A stretch of DNA of 64,000 bases, taken from NCBI RefSeq assembly GCF_009914755.1, contig NC_060927.1; one strand, given 5' to 3'. Positions within the stretch are counted from its first letter, which is position 1. Each line of letters starts with the position of its first letter. This document shows positions 27,325 through 54,577 of the stretch, in pieces. A program made the translations under genes and the position numbers. This DNA comes from the human T2T-CHM13v2.0 reference genome, Homo sapiens. Below the pieces are notes generated by a model. The model was not told the DNA's origin and did not search any database. It saw only the letters and a program-made list of their open reading frames with translations.

Positions 27325-27593
27325 AAACACTGCATGTTCTCACTCATAAGTGGGAGTTGAACAATGAGAACACATGGACACAGGGAGGGGAACATCACAC
27401 ACTGGGGCCTGTCGTGGGGTGGGAGACAAGGGGAGGGAGAGCATTAGGACAAATACCTAATGCATACATGGCTTAAAACCTAGATGACAGGTTGATAGGT
27501 GCAGCAAACCACCATGGCACATGGATACCTATGTAGCAAATGTATACCTATGTAGCAAACCTGCACGTTCTGCACATGTATCCCAGAACTTAA

Positions 27594-27624
<31 letters not shown>
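27325..27624 (+). mobile_element. 5'-truncated L1PA7/8-like 3' end with A28 tail
   Basis: CATGTTCTCACTCATAAGTGGGAG, GGACAAATACCTAATGCA...GCTTAAAACCTAGATGAC, TATCCCAGAACTTAAAG. Confidence 0.9.
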
Positions 27625-27628
<4 letters not shown>

Positions 27629-29245
27629 CTGTTCTGTTCTAACTACTTTTAGGAACCTGTTTAACTCAAGGAAATAAAAATACAATCAAAGATGCTTTTA
27701 TGCATTATTTGTAATAGTGAAAAATCAGAAGTAAATGTCTAGTGGTTAAATAAATGAATAAATATGTAGGCTTTAAAAAATCATATTTTAAAAAGAATAT
27801 TTAAGATTATGGGGGAAATTATTCCTGGCATCTTTACTTAATAAAGCAGGATACAAATTTGTATATAGTATGATCACATGTTGAGAAAAACAATACATGT
27901 ACATTAAGTATATGCATACAATAAAAGGTTATTTTTGAATTATTTCTTGAGTGATGATATAATTTAATTTTTTCTTTATATTTGTTTTTCTGAATGTTTA
28001 CCATGATTATTTACCTTATAATAAAATATATGTAGTTGGAAGCATCTTTTGCGAAATAATTTCTTTTGTCTAGCTTGTATATAATGCAAAATTGCAACTT
28101 ACCGAGGGCAGCTTAACAGGATGTGTTAAAATTTTGAGTATTTATATTCTTTGACCCAGAAAGTTCACTGCTATGAATTAATCAGAAGTTCCTATAAAAG
28201 TACAGAATGATTTTACTACCTTGTTTATAATAGAGAAAAATTTAAAAAATGTAATTCTAATACTCAGTATAAACCTACTAAAATGAATTGCATTATATAT
28301 AAAAAAGGAAACATTAAACAAGTCTTAAAAATAAATTGGAGCTTTATGGGTAATGACATGAAAAACTGACCAAGACATATTATGTGAATGAAGCAAGGTG
28401 CAAAACACTATGCATAGTATGATCCCATTTGTGTAAAAATGGGGTGGTTGTGCATACATCACATGTAATGCATTATAATTTTCTGGAGTAATACATAGGA
28501 AATAACAATACCTACCTGTGAGCAAAGGGCTGAATATGTGTGATTTCACTTCATGTATTTCTATCATTTTGAATTTGTACAGAAAACATGAATTACATTA
28601 AACAAATTTTAATAAAAATTAAATCTAAAAGGTAGAAGATTATATCACTGTAATACTGTTTATGTATTTCCTTTCTGTGTGTGGTAGTAGGCCCACCTGT
28701 GTAATAAGCATGTAAAATAGATAGGATCACTGCCCTTGAAGAGCTTGTTCTCTAAAAATCTCTTTTTCATGGATATAAGACATTAATGTTACTATTTTTG
28801 TGATGGTAAGATGATAATGTGCTAGAAGTCAAATGGTTGGAATTTAGTCATTTCTGACTTCAGTGAACTAATGCTGATTTCACTGAAATTCATTGTGTAC
28901 AAGCTGGATAATCCCAAAGTGGGCGTTACCTGTCTGAGAAAGGAATTAGATGGGTTAAAATTAGTACCATTAGTCCAGACTTTAAAAACCTCCATAGTTT
29001 TTTTTTTAATCAAACATAATAGAACTTGTTTGCACCATTGTATCTTTTATAGTAGACATAGAAATACGTTTTAAGAGAATTTGTTATTTATGATGGGTCC
29101 CAAGTATCATATAAAGTTGAAAAGATCCAGTGTAAATATTTCAATTTTGAGTTGATTTGATGTAATGTAACTGATGAACTTTAAAATACCTCCTGTTTCA
29201 CACAATATTAAGATATAATTTTTACTCAGTGACATATACATTTTT

Positions 29246-33414
<4,169 letters not shown>

Positions 33415-34239
33415 ACATATACATTTTTTGAGCAGTACTGTTATCCTTTCTTTAATGTTTAGCTACGATAAAACTTTAAGTGAAAGCCAAGCTTAGAAAA
33501 GGATGAACAATGAACCATTAATTGTAGATAATTATGAAACTAGATTTTTAAAACAATGTTTGTAAAAATGTTGTATTGTTTCAGCTTATATACCCACCAT
33601 TTGCATGTTTCCTCATTTTATTTCTGGTATCTGAAAATGCATTTGATGTACAGTAAATGTGGGTGGGTACAGCATTCAAAATAAGACTGTAATAAAAAAA
33701 GTGCAAGCAAAAAAATTCCATCTGCTATTTAACTTTGTAGATAGGTTAAAACCATTGTTTAGGATCATTGGCATGTAATTGAAATGAGTGACATTTTGGA
33801 TGATGAAACAAATATTAGAAAGAAGAAAAAAACTAATGGACCAATTTAATGTGTCAAACTCTTATATATAAAAAATAAAGTCACTGTGGGTAACTGCAAA
33901 CCTTCCACTTTTACTCCCTTTCAATTCATGCATTAGATTTTATCTGACTCTCTTTTCCACACCTGGAAACTCTACATTGGTATTTGTTTTCTATAAGTAT
34001 TTGTTTAATAAACTGTTGAGAATGCACATCTGTGTCAGGAGCAATGATGAAGGCTGGGTTTGCAGAACTGCCAGATCAGGCTGCTGGTTCCCTTTGGCTT
34101 TGCCCTCCATGGGGCTGGATCCTATGACTGTTGTAGACCTTTCCCCCTAACTCGAGTCCCTCTTTTGGGATTAGTTATCTTTGCACTCTGTTTTCCACTA
34201 CCAAACCTCACCAACACCTCAGACCATCCTTGGATTTAT

Positions 34240-35050
34240 ATTATCCTTCCAGCTTCCCAACCAGTAGCAGAGCAAAGGATGCCCCAACTCTGCTCCAGTG
34301 CTAACCCCTTCACCTGTGTTTGACAGTGTCTCCCTTTTCCACTGCAGCTCCTGCTTCCACATTTATCCTCACCCTCAAAGATCTCTGGCTTGTTCCCTCT
34401 GAATTCTGCCATACACCCAGGCTTCCCTGTTGTAATATCATGTGCCTCTTGCCTCTTAGTCTCTTTTGCTCCCTTTTACTACAAAACATGTTGAACAGGT
34501 GGTCCACGCTCCTATCTCTGCGTCTCTCCAAACCAATTTTCATTTCCACCAATTTACTGAACAACTTTCTTTACTGTTACCCTTGATCTTTATTTTACGA
34601 AATTCAAAGGTCTCTTGTTCATTATTTCTTGCGTTGACCTTTCCACAGCACTAATGTTGCTGACTCTGCCCTTTATGATAATTTTTATTCCTTGTGGCTT
34701 TTATCGCATTATCTGTCTCAATTCTCTTCCACCTTTCATAGTCTTCCTAGCCTTCCTTGCTGGTTGCTTTTCCTTCTCTCTGACTGCGTGCATCACCTTC
34801 CCTCAGGAAGAAAAGAGCATGGACCTTCCCTCCTGTCCATGCTCTTTTCTATCAATATGTTCCCCCTTGGAGAGTTCTCACAAGCAGCAGATATCACCTC
34901 TATGCTGATGGCTTCCTCATTGTGGTCCTATCCTTGAACACCTACTTGGTCGTCAATACCATATCCCATCTGTGTTCAGAACTTTTTCAACCAGATGTCC
35001 CACTACAGTGTCTCTTCCAGCTTGAGAACCTGTAATTCTTTAGGTGTAAG
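34240..35050 (+). mobile_element. L2 fragment (continues past the Alu to about 35900)
   Basis: CTCCAAACCAATTTTCATTTCCACC, TTGACCTTTCCACAGCAC, TATCACCTCTATGCTGATG. Confidence 0.65.
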
Positions 35051-35058
35051 AAGGTCCA

Positions 35059-35347
35059 CCGGGTGCTGTGGCTCATGCCTGTAATCCCAGCACTTTGGTA
35101 GGCCGAGGCAGGCGGATCACGAGGTCAGGGGATCAAGACCATCCTGGCTAACATAGTGAAACCCCGTCTCTGCTAAAAATACAAAAGATTAGCTGGGCGT
35201 GGTGGCAGGCACCTGTAGTCCCAGCTACTCAGGAGGCTGAGGCAGGAGAATGGCGTGAACCTGGGAGGCGGAGCTTGCAGTGAGCCGAGATTGCGCCACT
35301 GCACCCCAGCGTGGGCGACAGAGGAAGACTCCATCTCAAAAAAAAAA
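35059..35347 (+). mobile_element. Alu, AluY-like
   Basis: GGATCACGAGGTCAGG, ACCATCCTGGCTAAC, GAATGGCGTGAACC, GGAGCTTGCAGTGAG. Confidence 0.95.
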
Positions 35348-36524
35348 GTTCATCTTCTCCATAAAACTAGTTCATCAAAATTCCTTCCTTCAGCATATCA
35401 CCACTATCATTCAGATCTCTGTAAAGAGGACAACCTTTATTAGTGATTTAGCTGAAAATCAAGAAGCCTCACATAAATCAGCCCACTCCATTGTCTTGTA
35501 TGGAGTCACATGCTGATTTATGTCAGCTCCCCCAGCACAGTGCCGCCACACTGGTCCATCTTACCTCGCCTGGCCTTCTGCCTGTTAACTCCTTTCCCAG
35601 TCCCTCAGGGTCATCACTGCCTAGTGACAATTTCTAAACACTATAGGAAGCACTAATCATCTAGCTGTTCCTTATTTGCTTTGACATTTGCTTAGCTCCT
35701 GGACCTGACTCTCAGGGCCCTTGGGAGTTTGTCCCTCCCTCTGTCTCCCACCTACTCAGCACCACTTGACGTTTGGTAAGCTGCATTCTTTCTTTTGGTA
35801 ATTTTAGTTACGTAAGTCCTTCTTGTTTGTATTGCCTGCTTCACCCCATTCTTAGTCCTACCCACCTTTCAAGGACCACCAAAATATCTCTGAATCAACA
35901 ACATCTGAAGTCAGTCCTGTAATTGAGTATTTTTCATTTATGTCTTGTATGTGGATAAATAAATGGTCCCATCACCTTCCCTCAGAAGCCTTTCCATATA
36001 CTACCATTTCCTAAAAAATATTATAGGCTCCATTTTCCTAACTTACTTTAAGCTTAAGAGTGAGAATATATTTCATACCCTTCTCTGTCTCCTCTGGTGA
36101 CCAATAATATACAAAGAATAATTTCAATAATGACTTCATGGTTATTAATTGTTATCAGTTTAAATACTTAGCAAGTTGAGAAAATATAAAGAAAATAAGA
36201 TTTCAAACAATCCAATCATCTATATTCAGCAAAACACAAAAAGTTTCTGTTAGATATGACAGGGTCTAGTGTTTATGGAATTAAAGCAATGTTTTCTAAA
36301 TGAAATATATGCTGTTGAGGTATATGTCCTCGTGTTTCAGTGGAGATGGAGACCCCACACTTTCCTTAGGATAACCTTCTAACATTTAAAACATAAAACG
36401 ATTTCATTGTATACTCGTGGTATTTAGTGTATACCACTAGCAAATGTTGAGACTGGGACTAGAAGTTGAAGTTCTTATATCAAATCCAAAGACCTTTCCA
36501 CTGCACATTTCCATATATTCTATT

Positions 36525-36870
36525 CACTCATTTATTTATTTATTCAGCACATACTTAGTGAGCACCTACTGTGTGTCAGGCCATGCTAGGCAATGAGATA
36601 GAGCCTTCAAAGAGCTTAGTCTACCGATAGAGACTGACAAGTCAACATAAAGTTGAAATGCAGTGGGACATGAAGTGGAGGGAAACTTTATCTGAATGTT
36701 TTGTTTTCAGACAAGGGTTTAAGGAAGTTTAATCCTGAGGGAAAGTGCTAATGAGGGAGATGATAAAGATTCAGGTGAAGGGTAACTGGCAGAGTGGTGT
36801 CCCTTTGAAGACTGTGTGAAGGGAATGGGGTCCAGGGCACAGGTAGGGACATCAGCTTCCCACCAGACAG
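36525..36870 (-). mobile_element. L2 fragments
   Basis: Tail TGAGCACCTACTGTGTGTCAGG; minus strand reads TCALDPIP, an L2 ORF2 motif, near 36822-36845. Confidence 0.65.
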
Positions 36871-38914
36871 GAATAACATTTCCAACCAGAATGGGACGCA
36901 GAAAGCAGCACCAGAAGCAGAGGAAGCATTCTCATTTTGATGCCTTCTATTCTAGGTGAAGTAAGAGACAGGCTCATTGAATGAGAATGAGAGTTGTGGG
37001 ATAGGGAGGAAGGTAGAGTATGTGAAACACCCATGTAGGAATTAGAAGAATCTTGACCTTCCCAGGACCCAAGGGGGCAAAGGCGGTGAGGGGAAAGGGT
37101 CTGAGACAGCTCTAGTGGATACCCAACAGAGGAGCAACACCAGGTGGATAAGGGGTTTGTTTGGTAAGAGGTGAACCCTCTCATGTTCAGAGCACTGCAG
37201 GGTGCCCAGCATCTCAGCTCCTGCCGGGAGGAATCTGGGACTGATGAGCAAGCTGAATGGCAGTTGAAAGATCCAATATCCACAGGGATTATGGGGAAGC
37301 TCAGGGAGCATGGACGCCCAGGAGTAGGTCAGAATAGCACCAACTACAGGGATAAGTAGACATTTTCCTCTTATGGCAGTACATATGTAAGGAATAGACA
37401 GTTGAAAGAATAAAGAGAAAGGGATATTAGAGAACAGGTTATTTTAAAAAAGATTTATTTTGAAAGGGGATGATCAGTTGATTTAGTATGAAATGGAGAG
37501 CTGAGCTAGCAGAGATATACTGATAACTTCTGGTCAGTACAAGATGCCTCTCTCCTTGAGTGATGACCAACCTTTGCTGCTTAGCCTGCCCCACGACCCA
37601 TCTGTTAGGTTCTCTGGATTCTCACTGCAATCAGGAGCCTCATCCAGGAGCTTTCTTTTTTTTTTTTCCCCAAGGACCTTTGATGTTTGATTCTTATGCT
37701 ATTATAGTTCTCAATATTAATAATTCAGAGTCAATTGTTTTTAATAACCTAACTATAAATAATTAGTGAAGAGAATTAAAGGAATGGATATACTCATTGA
37801 TATTTTCATAATCCTTATCCTGCCCTGTGGCATTGTCTGTTACTGATAAAACTTGATATTGTTAAAATTTTATATGATGAAATTCAAATCAGAGGGGAGC
37901 AAAAGGATTACAACTGCTTTGAAAAATAAAATGAAGAGCACAAAAAGGAATTACTAGGGCCTTTCTAAACCAAAAAGAAAAATTAACGAATAAAAGATTT
38001 GGAAAAAAATTCCTCAAAGTATTAAAATCTCCTTCTTATTCCTAAAGATAATTGGAGCTAGTAGTGAAAAGCAAAGAATACGTGTGTGTTTATACATACA
38101 CATACATACATATGTACATACACACATATGAATACATAAACACACTTGCAAGTACTTGAACCAATATATCTTTTCAAACTTAAAAAAGGTAATGGGAAAT
38201 TACAATCAAGATTAAATAAAAATAGCTTCTTTTGAATTAATAGTATATTGGGTAGATGTAGCTAAGATATTTTTTCAACCATGAAAAGCAGTAAGGAATA
38301 GTTTGGAAAATAATTGGTTGAGATTATTTTACATATTTATGTAAAGATTTTCATTATCACAAATTTTAAATACTATTAATTTGCAATATTAAAAAATTTT
38401 GATTATTTAGTGCTAATGAAAGGGTATAGTGACCTAATACATAGGTAATGCTAAAAGATTTCTACTTGTCTTCAGATTAATTACATGAATTTAAAATGGA
38501 TCACACATCTACATATATATATACATACACACATATGTTAGTATTTTAAGCAATATATTTTAAACTTTGAAAAATGTAGCAAGCCATCATAATCATGAAG
38601 ATGGAAAATTAGCTTGAGAAGCTATTGAAATATTTAATAGCTTATCATGAGAGAAAATGTATATTAGTAATTCATGAATTGTTAGCAATTCATGAATAGA
38701 TATTATAAAATCAAATAATAAAATTGCATGTTCTGATCCTATGCCAGCAAATATACATACCTGAGCATAGCATTTATGACTTTAGATTAAAATTATGTTT
38801 ATTAATCATTTTCTCATCCTTGTGACTGAATTCTTTGAAAGTAGAATAGAGAGCAATCTTATTTAACCCCCAGCATATACTCATAAAAGTACTCAAAAGG
38901 CCCTGTGATTATAA

Positions 38915-39115
38915 TGCTTACACTTAGAATATCATCTCTCAGAATAACCTATGACCATACTTGAATTATTATCACCATTGTACAAATGAGTTAATTGAGG
39001 CTTGAGAAGGTTAAGCAATTTTTTTTTTTTTCTCAAGTCACCCTTCTCCTAAGTGGCTGGTCAGGAATTGGAACCTAAATGCTGGAACTCCAAAGCCCAC
39101 ACTGTTAACTACTGA
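38915..39115 (-). mobile_element. MIR
   Basis: CCATTGTACAAATGAG...TGAGGCTTGAGAAGGTTAAG...CAAGTCAC...AACTCCAAAGCCC. Confidence 0.75.
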
Positions 39116-39253
39116 GCACAGGCAGGAAATGTGTTGGTTTACTTTCTTATACCTGGCACTGTGCTCAGACATTGTAGTCAGTCAGTGAGAGTGTTTGAAA
39201 TAAAGAATGTAAAAGTTATAATAATTAAAGTTACCCAGGATTAGCAAATTATT

Positions 39254-42029
<2,776 letters not shown>

Positions 42030-42039
42030 GCAAATGATT

Positions 42040-48714
<6,675 letters not shown>

Positions 48715-48954
48715 ATGATCTCTTTAAACTACATAAATTGCTAGAAATCTCTGTATTCCTTAAATACTTTAAAATTATGCTTTAAGATAGTAAAGTGGAA
48801 AAAAATGAGTTTTAAAGAGTATTGCTCATGAAAACACTGAGAACCCTACAGTGTGATCAGGAAGAATCACCAGGGGAGTGAGAAGACTGCTAACTTAAAT
48901 ACCTCTGCTGCTGTTGTCAGTATTCTGTTGTGACCTTGGACCATTTACTTTCAT

Positions 48955-49850
48955 ATACTCATTCATTCAGCAAATTTTTATTTAGGTTTGTCAGTTTTCA
49001 TTTAGGTCTATACTGGTAAATAGAAATAGTCATGATTTTGCTCTCAAGGAGCTTATAATCTAGTGGGAGGGACAGACATTCATTATATAATGAGAGAAAT
49101 AGATATAAAATTACAATGATGGTAAGTATTACACAGAAGAGGTATATGGTATTGTGAGAACATATAGTAGGAGAGTTAGACCTTATTATGGAGATCCAGG
49201 TAGTGACAATTATTCTGAAATCTGAAGACTGAGTAGGAGTTGAACTAAGCAAAGAGAAGAGAATAAGGAAAGGGCATTCTAGGCAACTAGAACAGAATAA
49301 GCAAAGGCTCAGTAGATGATGGGCCTTGGGAAGTATCAGGGAGAGTGGTGGGGAGAGTGAGGCAGGGCATGAGCCAGGACTTGGGAGGTAGGGGCCAGTC
49401 CTTGCAGGGACTTGTGGGCCATCTTAATGAGGGCTATCTCTATCATGAGAGGGGAGGGAAAACGTTAAAGAGTTTTAAGCAGGCAGGAATCAAAATCGGG
49501 TCTCACAGCTGCAGTGGAAAGTGGACTAGAGGGCAGGACTGGGTGACAGTAGCAAGCTAGGAGGCCATTGGATGACCTCAGAGACATAATGTGGTGGTGG
49601 AAAGGATAGAAGTGGATGGGTTTCAGCGGGGATTTAGGAGGTAGTGTCAATGGAAGGAACAGAAGGAAGAGTGGGTTGGTCAAAAATGTGCCTAGGCTTT
49701 AGAAAAATGGATAGTGGAACTCATGCTGAGATGGAGAACTCCACCAAAGACCAGCTATGTCTAGTTTGCTACATTCTGAAATTGAGGTGCCTTTGAGACT
49801 AACAAAAAGAAATGTCCAGGAGGCACCTTAACATACAAGTAAGATGCTCT
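48955..49850 (-). mobile_element. L2 fragment
   Basis: CTCATTCATTCAGCAAATTTTTATT tail, GCTCTCAAGGAGCTTATAATCTAGTGGG, GGGCATTCTAGGCA, GAGGTGCCTTTGAGAC. Confidence 0.8.
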
Positions 49851-51382
49851 TGAGAGCTCCAGACTTATGTTTCCCAAAGGGACATGATCTCTCCTGCCTG
49901 GGTCTTCACAGCACTTTGTATGTCTCTTGCTGCCACCATTAATGGTTTCTGTTTAGGATCATGATTATCTTTCTGTGCCATCTGTCATTTACCAAGTGAA
50001 GTCTAAGTCCAAAAGTGTTTTCTCAGTAGCACTAAGATTTAGTACCTTTGAAAATACAGTTATGTCTCACTTTACATAATAGATGAGTATTGGGTTGTCT
50101 TGAAATTGACCTTACAAAATTGAGTGTATGTAGAGGGGAAGGGCTTAAATCCATGGCCCAGACACTTGGAATTCCTCCGGAGTCTCCTGCTTCTGTTTAG
50201 TTTCGGTTCTGGTACTGGCCCTTTTTCCCAGTTACAGGCTTCTAAGGTGAGCTGGTCTGCTCAAGTAGAGGAAAGGGTGCTTACTTCAGGTCTGGCCTTT
50301 CTAGAAGAGGCAGTAAGGCATGGAGAATTCCAGTCTGGGCTCCAAGACTATTGCCTTCCTCTAAAATGTCTCAAAGAACCAAAAAAAGTTCTTCCCTTGA
50401 GCTTCAGATTACACTAAGGCAGAGATAGAAAGATGGACCCTTGACATACAGACTTGTCATGGGGTTTGTTTGGGGCCAGCTCCCCAGGGAAGTCTTGGTG
50501 ACCTTTCCAAGTAATAAGGGAGAGTGAGTCTATGCTTTGGTTCCTTATTCGCTTACTCATGGCATAGCTCAGTGAAGCCCAGAATCACTCAGATTTCAGG
50601 TCATTGCTCTTTTAGTTAGTAGGTTCAGCTGCTTTGAAATATCTAGTGTAGAGCATAATAGCAGCTTATTAGGCGCCTTTATTATAATAGTTTGGGACCC
50701 TTGTGAGGGATCAGAATTCCTAATTACAGAATCCAAAGGATGTAGCTTTCTTGACTGTTCAAACTGGCAGAAGGGTCTGAGAGGCCCAGATGGGATAAGA
50801 CTTGTTGTTAGGGCTTCTAGGTCATGGTGATGCTCAGACACAGGCCCATACTGGAATTATACCATGGCGGTTCTTCCAAGTGGTTGGGACGTGGGGCGGC
50901 AGGAGTGTGTGTGTGAGGAGGTGTGCCCTTAGCTGAAAGGCTGGAAGACTAGTTGGACAGAAGTCCAGGATGATTGCATTGGGAAAAGGAAGTCGCTGGA
51001 CTGAAATCCTCTGAGTGCATGGGGCATAATTCATCCTGAGTGCCATCATGACCTGCCTGAGACAACAGGACTCTTCTAGGCCCCATTTGCCAGCAGGGAG
51101 ACTTCTGCCAATATCTGTGGAGGTGTAGCTCTCTTTGGCTCAGGTCTGGTGTGATGGGGCTGCTGGTGGTACTCTGTATTAGGTTGGCTGAAGCACAGTG
51201 CCTGCAGTGCCTTAATTCCCGTTTTAGAAAGAACTGGTAGGACAGGGAGGGAAGAGTTCAACCTTGCCCATCCAGGTGGTTGCTTCTGAGAAGAAGTGGG
51301 CAAGGAAACAAAATGGACATCTCAAACAGCTATTGAGAAAAGAGGGGATGGCTCTAAACGAAGCCACAGTGCAGATCACAAT

Positions 51383-51886
51383 TGTATTAGTCAGAGTTCT
51401 ACAGAAAAACAGAACCAATATGATATTTGTGCGTGTATATATGTGTGTGTGTCTGTGTATGTGTGTGTGGAGAGGGGTTGGGGAACATGGAAAAATTTTT
51501 AAGAAATTGGCTCATGCAGTTGTAGGGGCTGGCATCTCCAAAATCTGTAGGGAAAGTTGGCAACAGCCTAGAGATTCAGGTAAGAGTTGATGTTCAGTCT
51601 TAAATTCAAAGGCTGGAAACTCAGGAAGATTTTCTGTATTTCATCTGGAGGCAGAATTCTTTCTTCTTAGGAGAAACCTGTTTTTGCTCTTAAGGCCTTC
51701 AACTAATTTGATGAGGTCCCATCCACATTTATGGAGGCTAATCTGCTTTACTTAAAGTCAATTTATTTACTGTAAATATTAATCCCATCTAAAAGAATAC
51801 CTTCACAGCAACACCTAGACTAATGTTTGACCAAAAAACTGCACAGCATAGCCTAGCCAAGGTGACACGTAAAATTAACCATCACA
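51383..51886 (-). mobile_element. ERVL solo LTR (MLT2D-like), 5-bp TSD
   Basis: TGTATTAGTCAGAGTTCT...AAAATTAACCATCACA; TSD ACAAT/ACAAC. Confidence 0.92.
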
Positions 51887-52965
51887 ACAACGCCCATGGA
51901 ACATTGTCATCTCTTAAAGGAAAAAGGGTCATTAGGTAATCATTTTACCCTTGAGAGAGTGGGGAGATGGAGGGAGGGACAGTGTTGTCCTTATTTTTGG
52001 GGCTTATTTATTTCAATCTTTAGCTACTTCTTGAACTTTGAGTCTTCCATTGGCCCACACTAGGGTGGCATTTGGGTGGCTGACCTGTCATAGATCACTC
52101 CCTTCTTAAAGGCTGCTATCATTTGTATTAGCCAGAGTCCCAAATTCCTGGTCCCTGGCTGGGGCCCATCTAAATACATGAAAACACCTTAAGGATAGAA
52201 TCCACATCTGTTCATTTTGGTAGTCCATGTTGTCTAGTACCTTAGTACTGAGTCTTAAATATAATGGACATTATTCATTAAAAAAATCAAAGTCTTCCAA
52301 GTTCACACAAGGCATTGTGATAGGTGTTGGAGTAGCCATTGAATACGCACACACACACACACACAATACATATACGTATATATACACACATATATTTATT
52401 TATTGAGTGAATTATTTCACACCACTTTATGTTATGATTTGTATTTTCTTTTTCTCCTGAGTAGTGGGGAATGATTTCAAACTAGTATATCCTAGAACAT
52501 AGTCCTGTAAGTACTTACTCCCTGGCTGGCATTCATAGTTCCTGTGATTTGCCTCAGGTTACTTTTCAGCCCTCATTGTTCCCCTCCCACAGCCTGAACT
52601 CAGACCACACCACACTAGCTTCCCTTCATAGTCACTCTGGAAGCATTTTCACTCTCATGACATTCCTTTTACTTGAAATGCCTTTTCTTGCCAGTTCCTT
52701 CCTCTTTTAATCCATTCAGATCTATTATTCCATGGAGGAGCTCAGGTCCCCCACTCTCTCTGAATTCTGAACATCACAGCCCTTTCAGAAACCTCTTTTA
52801 CTTATGGTAGACCACTTAGGTATTTCTTATAGCCTCTATAAGGTTCTAGAAGACAAGGTGTGTGTCTCATTGCAGATTGTAGCCTTGCCCAGTATTTTGT
52901 ACTGGTGTTAATGAAGTAATACTCATTGGAGCCTCCAGTAGTCCTTTTGTATTATGTTTGATACA

Positions 52966-53329
52966 TGCTTAGTTTGCCCAGGCCACCATTACAAAATATC
53001 CTTGACTGGGTAGCTTATAAACAATGAAAATTTATTTCTCACAGTTCTCGAGGGTGGAAAGTCCAAGATCTAGGTGCCAATAGATTTAGCAGAGGTTAGG
53101 ACTGCCCTCTGCTTCATAGATGGCACCTAATCTTGCTGCATCCTCACATGGTGGAAGGGACAAACAAAGTCCTTCATGCCTCTTTTATAAGGGCACTAAT
53201 CCCATTTATTAGGGCTCTGCCCTCATGACCTAATCACCTCCTATAGGCCCCACCCCTTAATATTATCACATTGGGGATTAGGTTACAACATCTGAATTTT
53301 AGTGAGACATAGACATTCAGAACATAGCA
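52966..53329 (-). mobile_element. ERVL-MaLR solo LTR (MLT1A0-like), 5-bp TSD
   Basis: ATTTATTTCTCACAGTTCT, TATAAGGGCACTAATCCCATT, ACATTCAGAACATAGCA; TSD ATACA/ATACG. Confidence 0.92.
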
Positions 53330-54577
53330 ATACGTAAGTTAGGAATCTGTTCAGCCAATACATATAATTTTGGGCTGATTACCCAGTTTCTGGACTGTCT
53401 TAAAGTTTGCTTTTCTTTGTGTATTTAAAATGTAGTAAAAGGACAGGAGAAGAAATAAATACCCTACCCTTTTTATTGTTGAGAGGTGGACAACTTACAA
53501 AAATTAATCGAAGATTTAAAACAAATGATGGCAAGACAGATTAAAAGATATTGTGACTTATGTATCTGTGGTCCTCAATTTCATCAACACTCACAAGTTG
53601 AGTAAGATGCTTTGCTCTGGAGGCTGGTAACAGCAATCCAAAACTTTATTTTTCTTATTACTCACAGTTCTGTTTCAGTTAGCTGCCACTTAGGAACTCC
53701 TTGTCTGGTGAGATGAGAGGAGAGAAAGAGAAAGGCATATAATGGGAAGTAGCAAAGGGGTGGACTGAAGCCTGCCTTCATTTCTTTTGCAGTTCAGTGG
53801 GTTTGGGTCAGACTAGATATCACCACTGAAAGGGAGATAACTGTTCTAACTGTGGAGAAGTTCTGTTGTCCACAGTGTTCTTGAGGATGTAACGATGTAA
53901 GGACATTCTTACAAGCTCATTAGTTTTCTTACCATAGAGGCACTGGCATGCTCAGTTGCCAGAGGACATCGTGTCAGTGCAACAAGCCCAGAATCCTGGC
54001 AACAATTTTATATGTTGGAACCTTATTGAAAATGACTTTTCACATTAGGAGGTTTCGTTGGCAGAGAATGAAGCAGACTTTGCCCTTTGCCAAAGCATAG
54101 GAAAACTTGTGCTTAATTTTCTTTTAGCCAGCCCTTGTTCTTCTTTTAGAATCTTTGGTGGATATGGAGATACTTGCCCAAAGAGAATAATTGTTAAGAA
54201 AAGGTAATTCTAAGGAATGATGCCTTCTTTTTGGAATATTTACTCATTCACAGCACCAGCAATTTGTTTTTATTACTGTTGTTGCCTTATTGACTTTTGG
54301 ATGGTAAGCCGCTAGACCATTCTAAGCCCAAGTAGGGATCTCTAAATTTGATTAGTATTTCAAAATCACCTCATGATGTGACTTACGTATTATAGGCCAC
54401 ATGTATTTTGTGGTTAAAAGCCTCAATTAAATCTATGGCATGAACTGTCAGTTTCTTTTAATTCTCGTGGCTATGTTCCCTTCATCCCCCAGGGTATTTT
54501 GCATATATGAACCCTATTTAAAATGTGGTTTAATTTGAACTACCACTTTGAAAAGTAAAGTTTATCAAATCACTTTC

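Noticed and set aside
28859-28887. TTCAGTGAA...TTCACTGAA stem and nearby C/D-box-like words
   Set aside because: A 9-bp stem is expected by chance and there is no properly spaced C/D box pair with a terminal stem.
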